From Octopus vulgaris (lineage: Eukaryota), in NCBI GenBank assembly GCA_951406725.2, contig OX597815.1, positions 92,008,001-92,072,000 on the forward strand: a stretch of 64,000 bases of DNA, given 5' to 3'. Position numbers and translations under genes: made by a program. The notes under the pieces are model-generated. The model had not been told where the DNA came from. It saw only the letters and a list, made by a program, of their open reading frames with translations, and ran no database searches. Of the stretch, positions 12,559 through 25,546 are shown one piece after another. Positions within the stretch are counted from its first letter, which is position 1; every line of letters begins with the position of its first letter.

Positions 12559-15500
12559 GTTGGTGCCATTCTTCTTCTACTCTAACCTTTTCTAATCTCT
12601 TCGTTATGAATAGCTTTATACACACACCCATACATACATACATACATACATACAAACGTCAACATCCATATGTATTCATGTATGTGATACATACGCACGC
12701 ACACACATACATTACATATTCACACTCATTTATTACGTGTATAAATGTATACACAATTTCGTTGATTAGCTGTCATTCATGTGCATACACTCGAAATCAG
12801 TTATATGGTGTAACTTTTCGTTATATACACAAGTAATTTTTGTTGGAAATAGATCAAATGATATCATTATATATAATATATATATATATGTGTGTGTGTG
12901 TGTATATAATACACACTCATACAGTCATTTGATGTCAAGGTTTTCTTTTTATTACATGACTATCATCAATGTGGCAAGCAACGAATGGTAACATCTGGAA
13001 ATTTGGAACCAGCGTTATATTACAGAAGTTATGTTAGGCGATCAGTAGTAGGCGGAAAGCTTTCAAGAATATTAGCCATTACCATACGAAGCCCTTTATA
13101 TACCTAAGCCCAGTATTCCTTTGTCAGATAAGCCAATAATGCTTTGAAGACTTTAAAAAAACTCTCATCTTAATTCATCAATTCTGTCTAGTGCGGCTGT
13201 TTCGTTCCATCTTCCCCTAACATGTCAGTTTCTATTTGTTTCAGTTAGTCCACTTAATTAGAAAGGAATACACACACCGACACCAATGTGAACAAAATTT
13301 CTTGCAATAAACTAGTGTTTTACGGTTATTTTATATCAATTTTTTTTTTACACATCTACTGAATATTGCGGATTGTAAACATAACCTTTAACAATGATTA
13401 ACTTATTCAAAAGTTTCTCGTTGCCATTTCTAACTTACATTTGGAACTTTGGTGTGCCGATTGGAGAATGTCCTGGTCTTTCTAAATAGTAGCAATAGGT
13501 AATTTTCCTCTGACCCATGGATTTAATTCCTTTCGACCGTCAGTGACCCTTTCTACGAATGTTTAATGCTTATTATTCAGAGGTAGATGAGTTCGATTAC
13601 CACGAAGAGTGTAGAATATAACGTTTCGGGCTTTCCGCTTCGTATGAGTGTGAGGAAAATAAAAAGTAGTTTTGTTATTTACTGTTTTCATTCCGCCTTA
13701 CATTCCAAGTTCATATTCTCCTGGGGTCGATAAAATGTAACCTCTTTGCTCTCAAAAGTCGGTTCTGTGCCCAAAGAAACAAAACAAAATAAACACATTC
13801 CTTATGTTTTGGTAACTGTACAAGGATTAAGCTTCCGATTCGGAAATATATTGTTACAACATTCCATTTTCTGTCCCTTTCAACGTCTTGGCCCTTATAC
13901 CGGAAAGACTTGGGGGTGGGGTTCAAAAGGAAGTTTTGTCCTTATACCTACATAAAAATAAAGTTGTGGTAGGTATCCTTCCTGCAGTGATGTTGAACAT
14001 TTGTAATGTAACCCTCCCTAGTTACATAAATGGCACCAATTCTTTGCATTACAATAAATTCAGTTATTTTGATTTGCGTGACTCGTATTTTTATGTTTCT
14101 ACAGGATGCATAATAAAATATTGTCTCACTCAGTAGCTCATGTTGTTTTGTCCTAGGTCAGCTCTGATCAAGAAGACTATGATCAAAGACGTTCCTCTTG
14201 TAACCACCCCATATGAGTACAACCTCTTCTTCCAGACCAAACATTATTCCAATGTTCCTTTTTTTTTTAATGTGGTTTGAGGAAGATTTGGCTGCTATTT
14301 TTTAGTTACAAAGGAGAAATTTATTTCCTATCAAATGCCACAATGGTAGACTCAGCATTTCTAGTGTTTGAATGAAATGAAAATGTTTCCCTACTACACT
14401 AGATCTTTTGCACATCAATAGAGTTTATTCTTTTCAGGTTATTCACTGTAACCAAATGTAAAGGAGGTGTGAGCATTACTGTGAAGTAGTAATAGCCCTA
14501 CAATTTTTGTCAAGTAAATATTGTAGGATAGAACAACTTCCCACAACCTATAGTGGCAGCACTGTAAAAGTGGCAAAACTCCTTGGTAATATATATGTCC
14601 AATAGTGGAACACCTGTCATGTCTACAGGAGATGTGGGTTTGAGTCTAGTGTGCAGCCATTAACTTTTTTATTCAAAATAGATTTTTTAACTGAATATTT
14701 TGCATGCTATTATTTATTATAGCTTTATGTGAGCTTCGAGATCCACTATTCCAAAAATAGAATTATATATATATTTAGTATCACTGGAATTTGGCAGATT
14801 AGGATGAGAATTAAACTGATTGGTTTTGCTATTTTTACAGCTCATCATTTTCCCTCCCAAAATAGTGAGACAAATAGTGGAAGACTACTTATTAAAATAT
14901 TAGCAAAATGGCAAGGCGTAACTAAATTCGCATGATGTTATAAAGTTGACCATTAATTATATAACCAGCAAATGTAGCTATGTAGGCAGAATGTCACAAG
15001 TAAGATTCATGCTTTTCTACTATTATACATGCTATAGTGGCTAAATCAATTCAAAATATCAATATTTTAAAAAGGTATGAATTGGTATTGCCTCAAACAA
15101 AATGCCTAACAGTATTTATACCTCTTCTGATTTTAGATCCTAACAAAGTCAGCTTTGTTTTTTGATCTCGGGTTGACATAATAAGTACCCATCAGGAACA
15201 GGGAGCAATCTTAATCACCAATGAAATTTGTGACCTTGTGCTTGTTATGTATTTTAATATACATTTGTATCTGATTCACACTGGACTTTTACATTGGCTC
15301 CAGACTTTATATTTACAGGATAGAGATAGATATTCAATCAAAATTGGTTCTCATTCTATTGATTATGGGGATAAAAGACTCAAATCAAGTCTGTAGAAGA
15401 TTGTAGAGAGATGAATGGAATGAAATACTGAAATGATTATTAGTCAAAAGCTCTGGATTTTACCATTCACCAACCTCTGTTAATAGTGTTAACTTCTGAA

Positions 15501-15940
15501 TTAGTGTTTTGAATTTTCATTGACAGGGAGAGAGACTGAGAGACTTACATATTCAAATATTATGCTCTATAAATTCAATTCATATTAGAGTTTTTTTTAT
15601 TTTGAGTATTTTGTTGTATTTATGAGCAAAATAGATATATATGCCTATATATGAAATATATCTGCTATTCATTGTTACTATTATTTTAACAACTCAAAAG
15701 TCAAGTGCTGTTGTATACATACATCTTAGGTTTCATGGATGAAATGAAATTAAACTTTTTGCTGTTTAAGTGATAAATTACAAATTACTTGTTGAAGTTA
15801 CATTTTGAATTTTAAATATGGAATATACCGAATATTTGTTTTACTTGCATTTCCAAATGTTTTCAACAGAAACTTTTCATGAAAAGATTAAACTTATCCT
15901 CACATAATTTTTTCACATACTGATGATAATTAGGGATAAC

Positions 15941-16340
15941 ATCATCATCATCATCATCATCCATTTTCCATGGTGGCATGGGTTGGACAGTTTGACCAGA
16001 GCTGGCAAGCTGTACCAGGTTCCAGTCTGATTTGGCTTGGTTTCTACAGTTGGGCCCCCTTCCTAATACCAATCACTTTACAGAGACTGATGGGTGCTTT
16101 TATGTGGACAAGCACAAGGGCTCTTGCAAGATGCAAACCTCTTCAGATGGGAGGGGATCTTTAATAATTTTTCTGTGCTGGGTCTTCTTGAGTACAGCAA
16201 GGTGCCCAATATCTTGGTCCTTTGTCATCTCCTTTGTAAGGCTCAGTGTCCTGAGAACAGCCTTTAATACTTTGTCCCATGTTTTCCTGGATCTCCCTCT
16301 TCCACAAGTTCCATCCACTTTAAGTGATCGGCACATCTTT
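15941..16340 (-). mobile_element. RTE LINE 3' end with (GAT)n tail
   Basis: CRSLKVDGTCGRGRSRKTWDKVLK is the RTE C-terminal GRGRP motif. It is followed by the family 3' UTR and a (CAT)n tail. Confidence 0.75.
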
Positions 16341-17029
16341 ATAACAGATTTGAAATATCATTTTTTTCCAGACTACAGGCTTTCTTTATAATTTCCATAT
16401 TCAAATATTATGCTCTATGAATTATTTTATATTGTAATTCCTTTCATATTAAAAACTATTGTGTATTTATCAAAAAATTATATAGTTTATATTTTACCCA
16501 AAATGTGTATTTTCTCAATGCCTTGCATTACCTCGACACATCTTGCATAATTAATTTTGGCACCACTTACTTGTTTTATGAGAGAAAGTGAAACATTCAT
16601 CACATTCACAGTGCAGCTACCATTACATAGTGTAATGAACTACACCACTCTGCAATATCTAATTCAAGTTAAGCGGACTACTGCACCATTAATAGTTAAG
16701 TATCTTGTCCACAAACACATTGCAGTTCTGGTGACTGATTACAGACATATATATATACATACACACACACATACACATTGCAAAAGGGCTCTCATATGGC
16801 TAAGAGTTGTTTTAACTCTTATTGCTAGCAATGCTGGTGCTTACTAGCACCCTCCATCATTTTAGTGACAACTGTACTTGTTGCTTATTGGTTCTAAATT
16901 GCAAATAGCCACCTTAATAATTTATAATTCTCGTTTCACCATTTTCAAAATCAGTCAATGTTTCCTATGGTGTTCTTTGTAAGGCTGACAAGGTGACTTA
17001 GGTTCTTTAACCCTCGACATTGGAGTAAT

Positions 17030-17079
17030 GAGTCACTGATGAAGATTGATTAAATCTGAAATCAACACTGATATGACTC
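17030..17079 (+). ncRNA. Type I hammerhead ribozyme (all core elements present)
   Basis: GAGTCA [stem I] CTGATGA [core] AGATT-gatta-AATCT [stem II] GAA A-TCA-acac-TGA-T [stem III] A^ TGACTC [stem I']. Cleavage triplet AUA, cut after 17073. Confidence 0.8.
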
Positions 17080-17958
17080 CATCTCACTTGTCATAGAGAG
17101 GGAGCCTGTCTCTCTTGTCAGCTGTTAGAAAAGTGCTCTCATGTGGTTACTATTGTTTTTCTGTGAGAAAAAATGCTGTTGAAATATGGGAAATTTGCTG
17201 ATTCAGGTTCAAATCTACTTTATGGCTAAATGAAGTCACTACAATATGTTTGAATAGTGAAGTAAGTAAAAGTGTATTTAATGTGTGGAACCTAAAAAAA
17301 TCAAAGGCATATTAAATATGGAGTGAGGAAAAACACTCATAGGCTACACATTTTTTCTCAATTTTCTGGTTGGCACTGGAGGCTGCTATGAACATGTTTT
17401 AGTCTTATGATCTCATCAGTGAAACATAGGATTTGCAGTATTTAATGAGGTGGTAATGGGAGAATAAGACCAAAACGTCTGAATTGTCCAAATAAGACCA
17501 AAACATGTCTGAATTGTCTCCCATATTTGCCAAACTAAGAAAAATAATATTAGTCAATGAGTAATATTAGTTTCATCTCACATAATTATTTCCAGTTAGC
17601 CTTTTGGTGCTCACTGCTTTAAATAAGCTAGCATAAACTTTTAATTCTCATTCAATTTTAGTTTCACTTTCATTAAACATACACAAAAAGATATTTATAT
17701 ATATATCAGTCGTGATTTCAATTTCTAGACCAGGTGGTGCATTGTGTTCTTGAGTAAAACACTTCCTCTCATGTTGCTCTGTGATCACTTCAATACCTGA
17801 TGCATGGTACACTGTGCACCTGTTCAGACAATGTTGATTTGATGGAAAGAGTGAACCAATGGGCAGTACAAGCATTTGATCACTATAAATAAATCATTTA
17901 TGTAGGTCATTCAGCAAAAGCTGAACACTTATACACCGTCTTCAATAGGAGAGTCCAT

Positions 17959-17999
<41 letters not shown>

Positions 18000-18269
18000 T
18001 GATGATGATGGTGAATTTGTGCACAATCTTTTCTGAAAAGCAAAATAATTAGCTAGCCAATCCACAACTTTTCGTCACACACCACTAACACTCTTCTTAA
18101 TTCCCAAATAATTCATATCTCATACCACCCCTCATATAAACCACCTCTTTCTTGGCCCTCTTCCCTTATAATCCAGATTTCACTTTCTATATGTGGAGTA
18201 AAGGTAAAACAATATTTGAGAGCGAGAAAGTGTGTGTGTGTGTCTAAAAGAAGAGGGGAGACAGAAGGA

Positions 18270-19100
18270 AAAGAAAGTGAGATGTAAGTGCTCTCTTCAC
18301 TGATGGCATCTCTGTACAGAAGTTGCATGGTTCCCACAAGTCATATATGTGTACCTAATTTTCTTAGTGACCATCAGACTAGAGAATATGGTGCTCTGTC
18401 TAAAGCCTCCTTCAAGTGAATGAATGCTAGGTATAGAGGCTTGCCCTTAGCTAAGAACTTCTGTTGTTATCTCATTGGGAAGTAGGCATCAGTTGTACTC
18501 CATCTTAGCACAAACCCAAACTGCACCTCACCTAAGCTGCTTCTTTTTTATATTCAGTTATGCTACATCTACTTTGTCACTAGGTCCATCAGTTGGTTAC
18601 TCTCTAGTTGTTTCTTTGTAGATTATCTCCTTTATCCTTGTAGTAATTGATAGTTACACCAGTCCTTGCACATAATATCTCTCTATACTATTTAATTGTC
18701 TATGCAAGTGACAAGCATGTGCCCTATTGCACCAGTTATTTTCAGAGTCTTAGCAACTACCTGTAATGGTAGGTTTCCTTGAGAAACCAACTATTAGAGC
18801 TGTCAACTTCAGTTATTGGTTACTCTATTCCTTATGCATTTTCCTCAAGCAGCAATCTCTCATAGTAATAATTCCATTCCTCTTTCGACCATCAGTTAAA
18901 ACAAGCTCACCGCTATCATTCAATATACACATTTCCCTCAAAATGCTATTCCTACTGACACATTTATTTGCAATCCAAAATACTTAATGCTCATAGGGCA
19001 TGAACAAGCCTCTTTCAAAGCTTCCCTTTGTTAAATATACCTGAAATTTAGGTTCCCTGATATTGTTCCTTACTCTCCATTTTCTTCCAGTCTTCTCAGA
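18270..19100 (-). mobile_element. Decayed RTE RT fragment
   Basis: Nucleotide similarity to the RT region of the 37960-40130 copy (KG..NYR and QFGF-like remnants); heavily disrupted. Confidence 0.5.
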
Positions 19101-20192
19101 CCTGTCTCATATATGTATATATATATATATATATATAATAATTGTTTAATGTCTGTTGTCCATGCTGGCATGGGTTTGACAGTTTGTCTGTTTTGGAATG
19201 GTTTTTACGACCGGATGCCCTTCCTAACACAAACAATTGCACAGAGTAGGCTGAGTGCTTTTTACATGGCACCAGCACTGCCAGGGTCACAAAGTAACTT
19301 TGCAAAACAGAAGATCTTTGAGAGGGGAAAGGGCTTTGAAGGAGGTGATCTTGTGTCAGCTGATGAAAGGTTATAGTATGACAGAGACAGAAATAGATGT
19401 CTTGCTGTAGAGGAAGTACATGGCTACCTGACCAGAGAGAGAGAGGGAGAGGGAGTTAACAAGAAAGAGGGCAGAAACAGGTGTGCTTCAGTAAGGAGAT
19501 ACATGGTTACCTAGCCAAAGGGAAGAGCAAGAGAATATATATGTGTGTGTAGATAGATAGATTTATGTGTGCCTGTGACTTTAATGAACATATTAAACAA
19601 AACCATGATAGTTACTCCAGCATACTTGGACGTTATGGGTATAGTGTAAAGAATGATTTAGGATCAAAGCATTTACTGTGATCACTTCAGGAAACTGGCA
19701 GCCACTAGATCAAGTACTACTCAGGTGAACATGCACAAGGTAGATGAAATGGGATTGGCAACTTGTTGAAAAATGTACAACTCACCATAGAGTAGTGATT
19801 AGTGACCTCAGGATAAGAGCAAGGTAGTCTCTGAAACACAAGGCAATCTGGAAATGGAAGAAGTTATGGAAGCTGAAAGATTTTTTGACCAGACAAAGAC
19901 TCAAAGAAGTAAGAAGTACTGGTTGATGCATATGATGAAAAGTAGTAGAAGATAGAGACTTGTAATAAAAAGGACAACTGGGAGTTTTTATGAGAACTTG
20001 GAGTAGACTGGAAAAAGATGAGGAGCAGGCAATATATCTTGCATTTATTAACTTGGATAAGACTTTTGATAGGATGCCAAACCCTGTAGTTTGATGGTCA
20101 CTCAGAAAAAAGAATACTAAGTGTGGATGAATTGCTTGTGAAAGGCATGTAGAAGAATGGTGTTAGTAATATGTACATATGATTACATCCAC

Positions 20193-20212
20193 TCCTCTCT
20201 CTCTCTCTCTCT

Positions 20213-20276
<64 letters not shown>

Positions 20277-20277
20277 T
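20193..20277. repeat. Compound (CT)n(TA)n(GA)n microsatellite
   Basis: Read directly from the sequence. Many other (TA)n/(CA)n tracts occur, e.g. ~17963, ~30873-31020, ~31516, ~36475, ~47008-47105 and ~53609. Confidence 0.9.
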
Positions 20278-22142
20278 CAGTCAGTCAGTCATGGCTGAAA
20301 TCTAAGTTATTTCACTTAGCAGTTCAGCAAAAGAGGCCAATTGAATAAGTACTAGGCTTACAAAGAATAAGTCCTGGGGTCAGTTTGTTCAACTAAAGGT
20401 GGTGCTCCAGCATGGCCACAGTCAAATGACTGAAACCAATAAAAGAATATATACATCATCAGTAAATCATAAATCTGAAAGAGATGCACACTCTAAGATA
20501 AAGAGCAGTAGAGTATTTAGAGAAAGATAGTTATGGCTGATTCATTGGGTTACCCATGGTTTCGCATCCATAAAGCACTAAGCTTTACATATGTCCCGTC
20601 AGACCCTAATGACTGATCATTAAGATCTGACAAAACATATAACAAAGATGGACAGATATGGGGGTAATTCAAAGGAAAGTGAAAATGCCCTGCAGGTCTG
20701 GAGATGAGAAAGACAGACAGAAAGTCTACACACTCACACAATGGGCTTCCACACAAATTTCCGCCTACCAAATCCACTCACAAGGCATTGTTTGGCCTAG
20801 GGCTATTATAGAAGACACTTGCCCAAGGTACTGCACAGTGGGAATGAACCTGCAACCACATGGTTGCAGAGTAAGCTTCTTAACCACCTAGCCACGCCTA
20901 AGCAATTTTATTCCATTTGTTCATATCAGTCTTTTATTTATGTATTTTTCATCCAAACTCTCTTCTGATAAGAACTTTATAAAGTCGTTACTGTAAATAT
21001 TTCCTTTGTTTATTAAAATTACTTTGGGTCCTGATCAGTTCTGGATCTATATTTCTGTTTTAAGCCCCATTTGCAATTGGAAATAGGAGTGGTCTGATGA
21101 GTATTTGTTTATTTACTTTTTTAAAAGAAAATAATCTTCCTCTCCACCACACCCACACCAGTTAATGTCATTCAAACTTATTCATTCTTACACACACATA
21201 AAACATTATTTCCCTGTTCTTTGTCTTTCTTTCCTTCCTTTCTTCTCTCTCTCCCTCTCTCACCTCCTCTTTTTTTCTCATGCAACATACACGACACCAT
21301 TCCCTCCCCTCCCTTTTCTCTTCCACTGTTCCCTCTTTCCTCCTTGCACACATTGTTACCCACTCTCTGTATGTTTCTAAGATCTTTGTTAAAGTCAGTC
21401 AGATAAACCTACTGACCAAGGGAGTGTAATATTAGCTGCCTCCTTTCTCTGTTCTGGTGGAATGAAGAGAGGGATAGATAAACTCAATTTCGACTTGGGT
21501 GGTCAGACTTGTCACAGTCTACAGAGTGAAGTTGCCTGGCAGTACAGAGGTAGTTTACTCCTTAACTTGCTAATATATTAAAGAGACTTCACCCCTTGGC
21601 TGTTCTACTTTCAAAGGACTTTTTTTATATAGTTGTTTAGCTTTACACATACATTTCTTTTTTATTTTATTTTTTACCTCAAACCTAATCCCCCCATCCC
21701 ACCGTGTGTGTGTGTCTCTGTGTCAATTTTAGAAGATATTTTAATCTGATCAAGGTTTTAGTTGCTGTAGCTTGCCTAAACCTAATTTTCCAGGCTTTCT
21801 CTTTCCTCACTTGTATCCAGTTAACATTACATCTTAACCTTAATTTTCCTTTTAGAAAGCAATGAGAATGAGGAAATAATACAAATGTTAGGAAAGTAGT
21901 TCCCTTTGCTTCATGATTTTGAGATCAAATCTCTGCCTGTTCATTTACATTACATTTTATTTATTTATTTACATTTTTCTTGTTACTTATCTACAACATA
22001 ATTAATAATAGACAATGAGTCAACAGTTTGAATATTAATAAACGCCTACTCAATACTTTTTTTTTTTTTTCACCTTTTATACCATTTCTGAACACTGTAG
22101 TCGACCATTTATTTAAATACATGACCTGTTTTTGTTTTTTTA

Positions 22143-22361
22143 CCCCCTAGCATTCAGATTACTCTGTCAGATGCAATACCTATTTATTCACATTGTTTTG
22201 ATTTAATCGTGCATTATCTCTTAGCTTGGAGATTTTGATGATTTGATTGTTTATTTTTACAATGACATTGTGGGATAGGTGTGAGAGGCCTGATCTGGCT
22301 GGTTTGAGCATAAAACAGAGAATATTTTGGGCTGAATATGGCCAGTTTAAATGCTAAAAGG
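22143..22361. mobile_element. piggyBac-type MITE (TTAA-like target, CCC/GGG-like ends)
   Basis: tttaCCCCCTAGCATTCAG...ATGCTAAAAGGttaa. The same family occurs in opposite orientation at ~54908-55068 (partial) and ~55211-55432. Confidence 0.65.
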
Positions 22362-22899
22362 TTAAAGCAGTATTCAAAGTTTATGCTCTTGAGAAATTCT
22401 GTGTCCAGTAAAATGTGAATTCACTGGGTACTGAAACATAGTTCTGTTTGTTTTGCGAACACAGTCAAGATCATGCTGGAGTATCTCCTTCATGGTAGGT
22501 GTATTGAATTTCTTAATCTCTGAATTCTATTCTAAATTACCAGATATAAGCTCACAAAGGAGTCTTTATGTGTTCATATGAAAATAACTCTATCTTGTCT
22601 CATATTACACACTAAGGTGATAAAAGAAGTAAAGTTGATTGAAATATAAAAAAAATTTTAATCGTCATAGCTGGAATTCTTTTAATCATAGATTTTATTC
22701 AATCACAGCTGATCCAAACAAATTTGATGTAGAATGACCAGCTCTTAGGCCTTTAATTCAGATTTTTTTACTGGTGTTTTGTTGGGAATTTGGGCTGTAC
22801 TCTCAGTTTTATGTGCCTCTTCACTTCTATTAACTCTTAACCTTAGTTGGTCTGGTTTAGATCAGGAAGCTCAGCTATTTCTTAATTAAAGCAGATAGA

Positions 22900-23800
22900 A
22901 ATATGAGGGCAAGAGAAGCATGAGACGCTGAAAATATCCCTCAGAATAGGACATGAGCTTGTTATTAAGTCATCCAGGGTTCATTACCAATGACTGTCAT
23001 GGTAGGGAAACAACTACAGTGCATCAAAGGGATTGACCAAGTCATAGACTTACAGCACAACTAATTAGAAAGAAAGATCAACTAATATGAGCTGTGGTTT
23101 AGTTTTGTACTAAGATAAGGCACCATTGATGCCTTTCAGCAAGATAACTAATAAAAGTTCTTGGCAAAGAGCAAACCACTAAGCATTCATTGACCTGGAG
23201 ATGGCTTTTGACAGAGAACCATGCTTTGTTGTCTGGCAGTTGCTTAGGAAACTAGATGTAGATGAATGGCTTATGAGAGTACATGGATGTTATCAGTAAA
23301 GTGAGAGTTAGCAATGATTTTAGTGAGAAATTTAGTGTGTAGGTAGGTGTACATCAGGAATCAGTTCTCAGTCCCCTCCTGTATCATACTTCTCCAGGTC
23401 ATTACAAGAGTTCAAAACTAACTTTCCATGGGAACTTCTGTGTATCAATGACCAAGTTCTTGTTGCTGAATCTGCTGAAGAATTAGAGAAACATACCAAA
23501 TGTGGAAGCAAAACCAGGACTAATGACAAAAGTTTTAGCAGGATAGGAATTCTGTATGCTGTATCCAGTGTAATCTATGGATATACAAAAGTTGAAGTGA
23601 GATCACAGATAGACTGACTAAAAAATGAACATTGATTGTAGATGTACGAAGGCTGGAAAGAAATGAGGCGAACATGATTAATATTAGTGTACATGAACAA
23701 ATCGGTTGACAGAAATTAGATATATTGTGCAAGAAAAAAAGACTGAACTAGTACATACATGTGATACATACAGATAAGGAAAGTTGGATAAACAGGTGCC
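22900..23800 (+). mobile_element. Decayed RTE RT fragment
   Basis: Remnants AFIDLEMAFDR, VGVHQESVLSPLL and FPWELLCINDQVLVAES, homologous to the RT at 63473-63889. Confidence 0.65.
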
Positions 23801-25199
23801 AAGTAATCCTAGTTGAAGAAACTTGCAATTGTGTTAGTCACTGCACCAGTATGTAACTACCACTATTTTGTTTTGTTTTTGATTTATATCATAGTTGCTG
23901 GTTTAGCTGTGAGGTTAAAAAGTTTGCTTTTTAATTACACTGTTCTGGGTACATTCCCATTGTGCAATCTTTGGTCAGTTGTTTTCTGTTGTAGGCTTGG
24001 GTTGACCAGTTCTTTGTGAGTTGAATTTAGTAGATGAAATTGTGTGTGTGTTATGTGTTAGAGTAAAACTGCATCCCTTTATATCATGAAAGTGATGGGA
24101 GATTGATAAATTAAATACCAAATAGAAATTTGTACTGGGATCAATATGAACTGCTAAAACTTTTTGGATGTATCACTTTTGCATGGTTGCAGTCCAGTGA
24201 CTGAATCTCTCATGCCACCAAGAGATGAAATATAGATTCCCTCCTTCCACCAAACATTCAAACTCAGCATCAAATACAATGAAACTTAAATTCTTCTATG
24301 TATTTTATGCAGTTCTTCACATTCTGTTCTTGCAGAGCTGTGATATGTTGGTGTTGCTAAATGTATGCTGATGTTGTTAGGTTATTTTGACATTCTTTTC
24401 CTCTTTCTCATTTTATAGCTGTTTTGATTTTATGATTACTGCAACCAGATATGTCAGATTTCTACTTATAATTTCTATTAACTAGAGTTTAATCACCTCT
24501 GTCCACCCTGACAATTGCTCAAAGAGTGGTACATCAGCATTTTACTAATCTTCTTTCTTTTTATGATATTTTTTATTTTTGTTTTTTAAAAACACCTATT
24601 TACATAGATTTTATGTATCCCAGAGAGAGTAATGCTCTATCAGTTTGTTACCATTCTTGTCAATCTCACCAGTTATATATACACATATGTACTTATTGAT
24701 TTGTTTCCTATGGCATGGAACTGGATAGATTCAGAAAAGCCAACCATTATAAAAAAACTTAGTGTGTTAAATAAATGAGAACCCCATCTAACCCTAGACA
24801 ACTGCCAGTTGTAGGTAACTTTACTATAAGAGCTGTTTTTTTAGAACCAACAGCTAAATGAAATGAAATAATGATTGCAGACTTGGATATTAAATCACCA
24901 GCAGCTGGCCTTCAACTGTATGATATTACTAGGATAGGTAGCTGTCATTTTAATTTTGGTTTCTTTTGATTTATCGGCTAAACTAAAAAGCCAATGGAGC
25001 CTTGTGATCTAGAAGGGCTAACTTTGTTCATGTAAGATCAAGAGTACAAGTGGGCAGTTGGATATGGTATTGGGAGACTTTCCCCTAGATCACAAGTTCA
25101 AATTGGCTAAAGGCACTTTAGGACACATTAATCTACATTACCTCAGTTCATCTATTTGCTCAGGAAACATATTAGACAACTAAGTACTAGGTCAACTGA

Positions 25200-25546
25200 T
25201 GTGGAGGTGCAGTGGACTTACGGTCGTAAGATTGTGGTTTCAATTCCCAGACCAGGCATTGTGAGTGTTTATTGAGCGAAAACACCTAAAGTTCCACGAG
25301 GCTCCGACAGGGGGTGGTGGTGAACTCTGCTGTATTCTTTCACCACAACTTTCTCTCACTTTCTTCCTGTTTCTGTTGTACCTATATTTTGAAAGGGACA
25401 GCCTTGTCACGCTGAATCCCTCATAGAACTACATTAAGAGCACATGTGTCTGTGGAGTGCTCAGCCACTAGTATATTAATTTCACAAGCAGGCTGTTCTG
25501 TTGATTGGATCAACTGGAACCCTCATCGTAACTGACGGAGTACCAT
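25200..25546 (+). mobile_element. tRNA-derived SINE
   Basis: tRNA-like head with B-box-like GGTTTCAATTCCC, followed by a body with no coding capacity. Confidence 0.55.

Noticed and set aside
23475-23500. CTGAAGA...GAAA motif
   Set aside because: No stem II pairing; it is RTE coding sequence (AEELEK).
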